Shown: piece after piece, positions 42,471-51,832 of the stretch
Layout: each line of letters opens with the position of its first letter
How positions within the stretch are numbered: position 1 is the first letter of the stretch
NCBI GenBank assembly: GCA_041640595.1
Contig: JBEPZY010000002.1
Span: 242,984 to 306,983 of the forward strand
Direction of reading: 5' to 3'
DNA from: Gemmatales bacterium
GTDB lineage: Bacteria; Planctomycetota; Planctomycetia; Gemmatales; HRBIN36
DNA: 64,000 bases
The notes under the pieces: model-generated
Seen by the model: only the letters and a program-made list of their open reading frames with translations
Database searches by the model: none
Told to the model about the DNA's origin: nothing
Program-made: the position numbers and the translations under genes

Positions 42471-42656
42471 GCGGTCGTCGTAGAGCAGAGTTCGATTCTC
42501 GCAGGACAGTGAGCGAATTACTTGTCGTGATTTGGCGCCGCTCCGTTCCTTCGGGAACAGTCGTCTCTTGGGCGAACGAGGGCGACGCATCCTTGACCGC
42601 AATCCACCAGTCGCCCTTTAATGACCGGCGTAGTCGCGGTGACCGAACCGTACGCC

Positions 42657-42823
42657 GTGCAACTTTCCCTGGCTGACGACGAAAGCTTTGGTAAATACGG
42701 CAAGCGCGATATTACCGACTCTGGTGCAACTTTCGCTGGCCGACGACGAAAACGCGAACATTGGTTCTGGTGAGATAAAAACGACACCATCTGGTGCGAA
42801 TTTCGCCCGCCGACGACGGAAGC
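42657..42823. repeat. Three 30-bp direct repeats upstream of the ATP-grasp gene
   Basis: gtgcaactttcSctggcYgacgacgaaa at 42657, 42724 and 42794 (third copy more diverged), unique spacers. Confidence 0.75.
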
Positions 42824-42830
42824 CCGAACC

Positions 42831-43736
42831 ATGGCCATCCTCATTTTGGGCAGTTATGACGATGAGCATGCCTGCCATGTTTACCAGTACCTGAAAGACC
42901 GTTGCCGGCAGGACGTGGAGCTGTTCGACAGTCGCTGGTTCCCAACGCACACGCAGATTAGTTTTGAACCGCAAGGCTGCCAGGGATGGTTACGCTTGCC
43001 TACGGGCCGTCGGTTGCGGTGGGAGGAAATTACTGCGGTTTACTGGCGCTGTTACTACGGCGTGGCCGTTCCATCTCTTCCCGATCCGGAGCAGCGACTG
43101 ATTGCCGAATCGGATAGCCAGGGGCTGATCGAGACACTGTTTCTGGAGCTGCCCGCTCGCTGGGTCAATGGCTGGCACGCTCAGCAACTGCATCGCACCA
43201 AACCGGTGCAATTGCAGCGTGTGGCGCGGCTGGGGTTAGCCATCCCCGCGACCGTCGTCACCAACGATGCCGAAACGGTAAAGCAATTCGTGGCCGAGCA
43301 TGGGCGGTGTATCTTCAAGCCCGTGCAGGGCGGTGCGCATGCCCGTTACGTCGAAAGCCGACACCTCACCGATGAGCATCTGTCGTTGCTCCGTGTTGCC
43401 CCGGTTACCATCCAGGAGGCTGTAGAAGGCACGAACATTCGCGTTTTTGTCGCCGGTCAGGAGGTGTATGCGTGCGAAATTCGCACGCCCTGTCTCGACT
43501 ACCGCGACGATCCCCAGCCACGCATTCTCGTTCATACACTGCCAGCGGAGGTGGTCGAGCAGTGCCGGACAGCGGCCAGGGAACTCGATTTGCTCTGGAC
43601 GGGGATGGACTTTCGCCTGACTGCGGACGGACGCTATGTGTTTTTAGAAGCGAATCCCAGCCCGATGTTTTTGGGTTTCGAAAAGGCCACGGGTCTGCCC
43701 CTGACCGAGGCCCTGGTGAAGCTGCTGACAGGATAA
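42831..43736 (+). CDS. ATP-grasp peptide ligase, PsnB/graspetide-synthetase-like
   Basis: D.HA N-terminus, AVYWR, WVN, KPVQL..V..LGL.IPAT..TND, IFKPVQGGA, IQE, IRVFV, LDYR, MDFR, FLEANPSPMF. Confidence 0.88.
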   Translation: MAILILGSYDDEHACHVYQYLKDRCRQDVELFDSRWFPTHTQISFEPQGCQGWLRLPTGRRLRWEEITAVYWRCYYGVAVPSLPDPEQRLIAESDSQGLIETLFLELPARWVNGWHAQQLHRTKPVQLQRVARLGLAIPATVVTNDAETVKQFVAEHGRCIFKPVQGGAHARYVESRHLTDEHLSLLRVAPVTIQEAVEGTNIRVFVAGQEVYACEIRTPCLDYRDDPQPRILVHTLPAEVVEQCRTAARELDLLWTGMDFRLTADGRYVFLEANPSPMFLGFEKATGLPLTEALVKLLTG

Positions 43737-43830
43737 CATGTCGGTCGGACTTGCTGACGGGGCAAGGGCCAATTTTCGGCGAGCAGCGAGGTGGTACCGG
43801 TTTTCAGGAGAAGCGCGTTCCGGGCCGGTG

Positions 43831-44325
43831 TCACCGGACGCGTTCGCCTGCTTCAAACCATGCCATGGTGGGACGCTTGGGTGGGTTGCCTTCCTCGCCC
43901 AGTGCAAAGGTAGTTATCGGGCCTCTGGGTGGCTTTACGCCTTCTTCGTTCCGGACGTTGGTGGTCGGCGGGACGCGAGGCGGGTTGCCCTCCTCACCTA
44001 ACGCCAGTGTGGTTACCTGTCCTGGCGGTAATACGATCCGGGGCGGATTGCCTTCTTCTCCGAGCGCTTGCGTGGTAAATTGTCCCGGCGGCAGGTTTGG
44101 CCGCTGCGGATTTGCCGGCGGACGAGCAGTTCGCTCGGAAGCGATCGCACTGGCCATCGGCAGAATCAGCGTGCTGGCAACCGCAGCACACAGGCGGTCC
44201 AACCATTCCCGCCGAGAGAGCCGGTGCGAAGAATCGGTTGGCTCGTTCCTGGTCTGGGGCACAGGAGCGCCTACTGCTTCCGATTCGCACCCAGCGAGGT
44301 TCAGTCCGTCAAAGGGATGACGCAT
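43831..44325 (-). CDS. Multicore graspetide precursor (TTxxxxEE repeats) with a Tat-like signal
   Basis: RBS ggaggt; SRREWL plus hydrophobic stretch plus AxA; cores TTQALGEE, TTLALGEE, TTNVRNEE, TTFALGEE, PTMAWFEA; adjacent to the ATP-grasp ligase. Confidence 0.85.
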   Translation of the reverse strand: MRHPFDGLNLAGCESEAVGAPVPQTRNEPTDSSHRLSRREWLDRLCAAVASTLILPMASAIASERTARPPANPQRPNLPPGQFTTQALGEEGNPPRIVLPPGQVTTLALGEEGNPPRVPPTTNVRNEEGVKPPRGPITTFALGEEGNPPKRPTMAWFEAGERVR

Positions 44326-44872
44326 GGCACACCTCCGCGCTCGGCTTCAAATGTCCGAATTTATCCCGTCCCAGTATCGTCCTTATCAGCCAGTCCGCGA
44401 CAACAATTCTCGCCAGAGTTTGCCCACATCACCCCGACCGCCGCGTTGTCCCCATTTCTAAAGACGAATTTGCCCCGGAAAAAGTTTCAGCTTCAGTGCA
44501 TCCATCGCACCTGACAATGCCATCGGCTTCGGCACCATTCAAGGATTTAGTCCTTGGTTTACTCCTTAGTGCTAACGCAGTGGCACAGGAGCCTTGCGCG
44601 GCAAGTAGAGCCAAATAACGCTGTCCACCGCAAGCGCGAACGCTATGGGAGCTGCCCACCGCCAGAGCAACCACCTCGGCGAGCCTTGCGAGTACCTGCG
44701 GTTGTGCTTGACAACTGCGGGGAAGTTAACTATGGGCGGTCGGCCTTGTACGGGGCCGGTAAGCGGTGGAGGGGCAGCGCGAAAGGACACCAGCCCAATA
44801 CCAGGCCAGGTCGCGGATTCGCTTACCTGGTACAACGCCCAAGCGCCAGCACGGGGGGAGAAACTAATCCGT

Positions 44873-47233
44873 ATGACGCACTTGTGCCGTTCTTATTGGC
44901 TCTGGTCGGTGGCGGGGCTGTGTGGCCTGGCGACCTGGTTATGCCTGGCACAGTCGCCGGAGTTGATCGTCGCCGAGGTGCGTATCGAAGGCGCACGCCG
45001 TCAGCCCGAACAAGCCATCCTCAATATGCTGAAAACCCGTCCAGGCCGCGTTTATAACCCGCTGGAAATTCAGGAAGATGTCCGCAAACTGATGGAAACC
45101 AACTGGTTCGCCGATGTTCGCCCGGCCGAAGCACGCACTCCCCAGGGAGTCGTGGTCATCTTCCGTGTCGTCGAACGCCCGACCATCAAGGAAATCATTT
45201 ACGACGGCGCCAAGCATCTCAGCCGGAAAGAGCTGGAAGAAATTACCGGATTGCGACCCGGCGGGCCGATGGACCCGGCTCTGAACTGGCGGGCCCGCGA
45301 GGCCATCGAACGCAAATACAAAGAAAAAGGTCGGTTGCTGGCGCGCGTGGAACTTGTCGAAGGAACCAAGTCCGACGACCTCCGCGTGGTCTTCCGCATT
45401 ACCGAAGGGCCGGTCATTCGTATCCGCAGCCTCAGCTTTGAAGGCAACAACTTCGTCAGCGCTGCCCGGCTGAAAACGCAGATTGATTCGCGGGCCACCT
45501 TGCTGGGATTTTTCGGCGAATACGATCCGGAACGCCTGGATAACGACGTGTTGAAGTTGCTGAAATACTACCACACCTTCGGCTTTTTCGAGGCCCGCAT
45601 CGGTCGCAAGGTTTTCTGGCAGCCCGGCAGTGATCGCGTGGATGTCGTTTTCGTGATTGAAGAAGGGCCGCGATCCTATATCGCCGGCACCGAGGTTGCC
45701 GGGAATCGCATCCTCGACCAGAGCATGCTCCTCGCCCATGACAAAACCGAAAAAGGCAAGCCCTACAACGCCAATATCGTCCAGGCCAGCGCTCGAGAAA
45801 TGCGTGATGAATACTGGAAACGCGGCTATGTCTTCGCGGATGTCCAGCCGATCCTCAAATACAGCAGCGAGCCGGGAGTTACGACTGTTGTTTACCAGGT
45901 CAATGAAGGCCCATTGCCGCAGACCGGCGAGCCATATCGAGTCGGCGAAATCCGCATCGTCGGTAACACGGTCACCCAGGATCGCGTCATCCGGCGGGAA
46001 CTTGTCGGCCTGGAACCGGGCCAGGTGTTTGACCGAACGGCTATCGCTCTCAGCGAACGCAATCTCTCGCGACTGCGCATCTTCAGGGAAGACCCGATTC
46101 AGGGAATTCGCCCCACCATCACCATCCTCAACGAAACCGATCCCTCGCCGTATAAGGATCTGCTGGTGGAAGTGCAGGAGGATCGCACCGGTTCGCTGTT
46201 AGTAGGAGCGGCGTTCAGCACTGATTACGGTGCCAACCTGAGCATTATCCTCAACGAGCGAAACTTCGACATTTTTGGCTTTCCGCGTTTGACAAGCTGG
46301 GATGATTTCTGGACGGATTTGACCAGCGGTCGCGCCTTCCGCGGGGCTGGCCAGGAATTGAGAATCGAGGCCATTCCAGGTACCGAAATCAGCCGCTACA
46401 CCATTACCTGGCGTGAACCCCGGTTATTCGATAGCCCCTACAGTTTAGGCGTGGGTGGCTATTACTACACGCGGATTTTCGATGAATACACGGAACAGCG
46501 TACTGGTGGGAGGATCACGCTGGGCCGACGGTTGACCCCGGAGTGGAGCTTCAACGTCGGTTTTCGCATCGAGGATGTGAAAGTGCGGAGTATTCCACCG
46601 ACCGCGCCGCCGGATTTCTTCGAGGTGGCCGGGCATAATTTCGTTTTAGCCCCGCGTATCGCTCTGGTGCGGGACACGCGCGATTCGATCATCCGCGCCA
46701 CCACGGGCAATTTCCTGGAAATCGCTTACGAGCAGGGATTGGGCGATTTCACCTATCCGATTGTGACCATCGAGGATAGCCAGTACTGGACGATTTACGA
46801 ACGGCCCGACGGTTCCGGTCGGCACGTGCTGGTGTTGCGGGGGATTGTCGGTTGGGCCGGCGACGACACGCCGCTTTTCGATCGTTTCTACGCTGGCGGT
46901 TTCCGCACGCTGCGTGGTTTCCGATTCCGGGGCGTCGGACCGCGAGTTAACGGTTTCAACGTTGGCGGCACGTTTGAAGCGCTCGGCAGCCTCGAATACC
47001 AGGTTCCCTTGCTGGCCAATGATATGATTTACGCCATCGCCTTTACCGATTTCGGTACCGTGGACAGCGATGTAACGCTGGAAAATTTCCGCGTCTCCGC
47101 CGGTTTCGGTCTGCGGATCAATGTGCCGATGTTAGGCCCGGCCCCGATCGCACTCGATTGGGGCTTCCCGATCGTCAAGGAAGATGGCGATCGCCGGCGC
47201 ACCTTCTTCTTCGGCATCGCTTTCTCGCGGTGA
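44873..47233 (+). CDS. bamA: Outer membrane protein assembly factor (BamA/Omp85 family)
   Basis: POTRA-like repeats (GNTVTQDRVIRREL), RFYAGG..TLRGF, FTDFG, SAGFGLR, terminal aromatic beta-strand. Confidence 0.88.
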   Translation: MTHLCRSYWLWSVAGLCGLATWLCLAQSPELIVAEVRIEGARRQPEQAILNMLKTRPGRVYNPLEIQEDVRKLMETNWFADVRPAEARTPQGVVVIFRVVERPTIKEIIYDGAKHLSRKELEEITGLRPGGPMDPALNWRAREAIERKYKEKGRLLARVELVEGTKSDDLRVVFRITEGPVIRIRSLSFEGNNFVSAARLKTQIDSRATLLGFFGEYDPERLDNDVLKLLKYYHTFGFFEARIGRKVFWQPGSDRVDVVFVIEEGPRSYIAGTEVAGNRILDQSMLLAHDKTEKGKPYNANIVQASAREMRDEYWKRGYVFADVQPILKYSSEPGVTTVVYQVNEGPLPQTGEPYRVGEIRIVGNTVTQDRVIRRELVGLEPGQVFDRTAIALSERNLSRLRIFREDPIQGIRPTITILNETDPSPYKDLLVEVQEDRTGSLLVGAAFSTDYGANLSIILNERNFDIFGFPRLTSWDDFWTDLTSGRAFRGAGQELRIEAIPGTEISRYTITWREPRLFDSPYSLGVGGYYYTRIFDEYTEQRTGGRITLGRRLTPEWSFNVGFRIEDVKVRSIPPTAPPDFFEVAGHNFVLAPRIALVRDTRDSIIRATTGNFLEIAYEQGLGDFTYPIVTIEDSQYWTIYERPDGSGRHVLVLRGIVGWAGDDTPLFDRFYAGGFRTLRGFRFRGVGPRVNGFNVGGTFEALGSLEYQVPLLANDMIYAIAFTDFGTVDSDVTLENFRVSAGFGLRINVPMLGPAPIALDWGFPIVKEDGDRRRTFFFGIAFSR

Positions 47234-47464
47234 AATCGTCTGCTCGCCGGCGAAGACGGGCGGCTGCTGTGTGAAGGACACGGTGTTGGCGGCTGTTTGG
47301 AGGACATGGTGACGGTTCAGCGAGCGCGGTAGCAGCCTCGACTCTTGCGTGTCAACGGCTGCTCGGAGGACACGGTGATTTTCGCTTTGCCGCTTCGTTC
47401 TGAAACAGGCGTTTTGTACAGCGCAAAAGTCGCATTTTCATCCAAAACCACCATCGTGCAATGC

Positions 47465-48695
47465 AGCCAGGAGCGGCGGGCGTCAGCCCGCCGTGGGTGT
47501 TTGGCAAACGCACTTGCAACACCGATACCGCTCACGACCGGGGACACTCGTCACGTGCGGAGACAAGAGCGGCGGGCGTCAGCCCGCCGTGGGTATCGGT
47601 ATCGCACTTGCAAAGGCGCTTCCACAAAGTCGCAGGAGACCGCCGGCAGTTTGTGTGCCGATCGCCGGCGCTGTCGCGCTCAGCGGTGCAGCAAAGGGGC
47701 GACTGTTGTACCAGCGCCGGCTTTCCGTGATTTTCAGTCGTTGTGCTCCCGTGCAGGGTAGCCACGGGGGGCTAACGCCCCCCGCTCTTGGTTGTACATG
47801 CGTTTGTGCATCGCAAAAGTCGCCATTTCACCGGCACACGTTCGCGCCTGCAACCAGGAGCGGCGGGCGTGAGCCCGCCGTGGGTGTGGGAAAGATGTTC
47901 ACGCAGACAAAAGCGCGATTGTTCGGCAGACCCCCGACGGTGCGTGTGCCGATGGCCGTTGCATTCGCGTCCAGGCTTACACGGGGGGCTAACGCCCCCC
48001 GCTCTTGTGTTGCAGTGCGAAGGTCCGCCGGCGAAAAACGATTTTTGCGATGCACGAACGCACGTCCACAAGAGCGGCGGGCGTGAGCCCGCCGTGGGTG
48101 GCGGAAACGCACTTGCAACACCGATACCGCTCACGTCCGGGGACACTCGTCACGTGCGGACACAAGAGCGGCGGGCGTCAGCCCGCCGTGGGCGTGGGTA
48201 ACGCACTTGCAGGAACGGTTCCGCAAAGTCGCAGGAGGCCGCCGGTAGTGTCCTCACGAACTTCGGTGCAGTGGCGTCCAGCGGCGCCGCGAAGGGCCGA
48301 CTGTTGTACCAACGCCGGCTTTCCGTGATTTTCAGTCGTTGTGCTCCCGTGCAGGGTAGCCACGGGGGGCTAACGCCCCCCCGCTCTTGGTTGTACATGC
48401 GTTTGTGCATCGCGAAAGTCGTCATTTCACCGGCACGCGTTCGCGCCTGCAACCAGGAGCGGCGGGCGTCAGCCCGCCGTGGGTGAGAGTATCGCACTTG
48501 CACAGGCGCTTTAGCAAAGTCACGCGAGGTCGCCGGCAGTGCGCTCACGAACGCCGGTGCAGGCGCGTTAGCGAACCACGGGGGGCTTACGCCCCCCGCT
48601 CTTGGTTGCACGCACGCATATCGTCGGAGATGGGCGGTTGCGATTTGCAACGGCGTTTTGTTTCACACGGGGGGCTGACGCCCCCGCTCTTGACG
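47465..48695. repeat. REP-like palindrome cluster 6
   Basis: About 11 palindromic units with shared linker modules. Confidence 0.9.
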
Positions 48696-48854
48696 GGTGA
48701 TTGTGCAGCCTGGCGGTTTTCCGAATGCTCGTCGTCATCTGGTAACGTCGGTATGGTGGTCGGGTCATACAAAAGTCCTGGACGGCGGTTGGTTTCGCCT
48801 CGCCATCTCCCATCCGGCGAACAGAACGACAAAGCCAGGGGAAGTATTACGGTC

Positions 48855-49766
48855 ATGGCTGCGAAAAATGCTACCCGAAAACTCCGTGAAACTCTGAAGC
48901 ACCAGGCGATACAGGTGCCTGGTGTGTGGGACGCGGTCAGCGCCCGATTAGCCGAGCGACTCGGTTTTGCCGCGGTCTATATTTCAGGGGCAGCCTTCTC
49001 GGCGAGTCTCGGTCTGCCCGATGTCGGTCTGGTGACGCTGACGGAGCTGGCGGAAAAAACGCGGCAACTCTGTCTCGCCGTCAACCTGCCGGTACTGGTG
49101 GATGCCGACACTGGTTTCGGCGAGGCGGTCAACGTCGAACGCACGGTACGGCTCCTGGAACAGGCCGGCGCTGCCGGGCTTCATTTGGAAGATCAGGAAC
49201 TGCCCAAGCGATGCGGTCATCTCAGCGGCAAACGGCTGGTACCGGTGGCGGTCATGGTTCAGAAAATCCGCGCTGCGGTGGCGGCGCGACGGAACGGCGA
49301 TTTCCTGATCCTGGCGCGTACCGATGCCCGCGGCCTGGAAGGTCTGGACAGTGCCATTCAGCGAGCCCGGGCGTATCTGCAAGCCGGAGCCGATGGCATC
49401 TTCCCGGAAGCACTGGAATCGCTGGAAGAGTTCGCTACCTTTGCCCGCGCTGTGCCGGCTTTGCTGGTGGCCAACATGACCGAGTTTGGGAAAAGTCCGT
49501 TGCTGGACTTTGCGACGCTGGTCGGGCTGGGCTATCGCATCGTCCTGTACCCGGTAACGCTGGCCCGATTGGCCTGGAAAGCTGCCGAAGAGGGTTTGCG
49601 CTACTTGCAGCAACACGGCCAGCAGCGCGAGCTGGTGCCGAAAATGCTCACGCGGCAGGAACTTTACGATCTGCTCGGCTATCATGACTATGAAGAGCGG
49701 GATCGGCAGTATTTCACGGCCAGCTCCACAGCCACTATCACTCCAACACAGGAACCCAGCGAATGA
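48855..49766 (+). CDS. prpB: 2-methylisocitrate lyase
   Basis: PGVWD, GLPDVG, VDADTGFG, HLEDQ..PKRCGH, ARTDA, ANMTEFGK. Confidence 0.93.
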   Translation: MAAKNATRKLRETLKHQAIQVPGVWDAVSARLAERLGFAAVYISGAAFSASLGLPDVGLVTLTELAEKTRQLCLAVNLPVLVDADTGFGEAVNVERTVRLLEQAGAAGLHLEDQELPKRCGHLSGKRLVPVAVMVQKIRAAVAARRNGDFLILARTDARGLEGLDSAIQRARAYLQAGADGIFPEALESLEEFATFARAVPALLVANMTEFGKSPLLDFATLVGLGYRIVLYPVTLARLAWKAAEEGLRYLQQHGQQRELVPKMLTRQELYDLLGYHDYEERDRQYFTASSTATITPTQEPSE

Positions 49767-50920
49767 GCAGCGAGATTTACGCACCGGGACTGGAAGGGAT
49801 CATCGCCGGGGAAACCGCTATCAGCACCGTCGAAGGGGGGCTGCGGTATCGCGGCTACGCCATCGGTGAGCTGGCGGAAAAGACCTGCTACGAAGAAGTC
49901 GCGTATCTGCTCCTGTACGGGGAATTGCCACGTTCGGCGGAATTAGCAGCATTCCGACAGCGGCTGGAAGAAGCGCGACAACTGCCGGCTGCGCTGGTAA
50001 CTCTGCTGCGGCAATTGCCACCAAACACGCCTTCCATGGATGTGGTGCGTACCGCCGTCAGTGTGCTGGCCCATTTCGACCCCGATTACCGCACCTGGCC
50101 GAAAGAATTGGCCTCGCCCGCGGCGACTGAACGCTGTATCCAGCTCGGCCGCAGAATCGCCGAACGATTGCTCGCGCAACTGGCCACTACTGTTCCCGCT
50201 TACCATCGCCTGTGCCGCGGTCTGGAACCGTTGCCACCACGGCCGGGCTTGTCCCATGCCGCCCAATTCCTGTATCAACTCACCGGCGAGGTGCCGGATG
50301 AGCTGAGCCAGCGGGCTTTTGACGTTTCGCTCATTTTGTACGCCGAACACGAGTTCAACGCCTCCACTTTCACGGCGCGGGTGATCACTTCGACGTTGTC
50401 GGACATGTACTCGGCGGTGGTCGGGGCGATCGGTGCTTTGAAAGGTCCGCTGCACGGTGGAGCCAACGAATACGTCATGCCGTTACTCCGAGCCATCGGC
50501 AGTCCGGACAAAGTGGAAACGCATTTGCAGCAGATGCTGGCACGCAAGGAACGGGTGATGGGGTTTGGGCATCGCGTTTACAAAACCGGCGACTTGCGGG
50601 CGGTTATTCTGGCCAGCTGGGCCAGGCGACTTGCCGAAGCACGCGGGACAACCGTCTGGGAACAAATCGCCGAACGTGTCGAACAGTTCCTCGCTCAGAG
50701 CAAAAATCTGCATCCGAACCTGGATTGGCCGGCGGGTCGGCTTTACTTCTACCTGGGTTTGCCGGTGGAACTGTACACGCCGATCTTCGCCATGGCCCGC
50801 GTGGCCGGGTGGTGTGCACACATACTCGAACAGTGGCAGGCGAATCGTCTCATTCGACCGCGTGCTCGTTATATCGGCCCTGCACCCCGGCCAGTGCTTC
50901 CGCTGAGTGAACGCGGCTAA
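49763..50920 (+). CDS. prpC: 2-methylcitrate/citrate synthase
   Basis: GLEG, LRYRGY, AEHEFNASTF, GPLHGGANE, MGFGHRVY, HPNLD; overlaps the prpB stop. Confidence 0.88.
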   Translation: MSSEIYAPGLEGIIAGETAISTVEGGLRYRGYAIGELAEKTCYEEVAYLLLYGELPRSAELAAFRQRLEEARQLPAALVTLLRQLPPNTPSMDVVRTAVSVLAHFDPDYRTWPKELASPAATERCIQLGRRIAERLLAQLATTVPAYHRLCRGLEPLPPRPGLSHAAQFLYQLTGEVPDELSQRAFDVSLILYAEHEFNASTFTARVITSTLSDMYSAVVGAIGALKGPLHGGANEYVMPLLRAIGSPDKVETHLQQMLARKERVMGFGHRVYKTGDLRAVILASWARRLAEARGTTVWEQIAERVEQFLAQSKNLHPNLDWPAGRLYFYLGLPVELYTPIFAMARVAGWCAHILEQWQANRLIRPRARYIGPAPRPVLPLSERG

Positions 50921-51102
50921 CCGATTCGCACACGGCACGTCGCGATTGGCGATGGCTGAGGCGAGAGCGTGGGCTGGCAGTATCGTCGGCAACTCTGGCT
51001 TTGCTCGCGGTAATTCCTAGCATGTTTTCCAGGAAACTCACCTCGCCCGAAGCTGGCTCGATCAGGGCAACCACGGGCACCACCCAACCAGGAGGTACAC
51101 CG

Positions 51103-51780
51103 ATGCGACGCGGAATGCTGAAACTTTTGCTGTGTGTGCTGACTCCGGCCATGCTCAGCCTGTCAATGGCTCAGGAACAGGCCAAGCCGTCCGGCAAAGC
51201 CATTCCTCTGTTCAACGGCAAGGATTTCACCGGCTGGAGGAAATTCGTTGACCCGAAGTCCAAGGCCGACCCGGACAAAATCTTTACCGTCCGCGATGGT
51301 ATCATCGTCGTGGACGGCAGCGTCAACGGCTACCTGATCACAGAGAAGGAATACGGTGACTACGTGTTGACACTGGAATGGCGGTGGGGAGAAAAAGTCC
51401 ATCGCGGTCGCAATAGCGGCGTGTTCGTGCATGTCAGCGGCCCGGATCAAATCTGGCCCAAGGGCGTCGAAGCACAGTTGATGGCTGATCATGCCGGCGA
51501 TTTCTGGCTCGTCGGTGGATTCAAGCTCCAGGTCGATCCGAAACGCCAGGACCCGAAAATCCCGCGACATTACTTCCGCATGAAGGATAACGTGGAGAAA
51601 CCGATCGGCGAATGGAACCGTTATGAAATCACCTGCGACGGCCCGAAGATTCGCCTGGTGATCAACGGCCAGCTGGTCAATGAAGGCACGGACGCCGAAG
51701 CGACGCGGGGCAAGATTCTGCTGCAATCCGAAGGAGCGGAGATTCACTTCCGCAACATTTACCTGACCCCGCTCAAATAA
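51103..51780 (+). CDS. DUF1080 (3-keto-disaccharide hydrolase-like) secreted protein
   Basis: Signal peptide, LFNGKDFTGW, NSGV, EAQL, GEWN, I.LQSEG..IHFRNI. Confidence 0.9.
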   Translation: MRRGMLKLLLCVLTPAMLSLSMAQEQAKPSGKAIPLFNGKDFTGWRKFVDPKSKADPDKIFTVRDGIIVVDGSVNGYLITEKEYGDYVLTLEWRWGEKVHRGRNSGVFVHVSGPDQIWPKGVEAQLMADHAGDFWLVGGFKLQVDPKRQDPKIPRHYFRMKDNVEKPIGEWNRYEITCDGPKIRLVINGQLVNEGTDAEATRGKILLQSEGAEIHFRNIYLTPLK

Positions 51781-51832
51781 CGAGAGCGTCAATCATCGGC
51801 GAGCTAACATCGGCCGCTTTTGAGATGCGACC

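Noticed and set aside
42688..42894. 68-aa ORF upstream of the ligase as the RiPP precursor
   Set aside because: It is derived from the direct repeats, overlaps the ligase start and has no T/S/K-D/E core pattern; the downstream TTxxxxEE ORF fits far better.
48387..48854. N-terminal extension of PrpB in the ORF track (likewise 8988-9293 for PdhA, 21667-21804 for DUF1844, 44645-44872 for BamA)
   Set aside because: These are upstream open frames through REP or intergenic DNA; family similarity starts at later ATGs.
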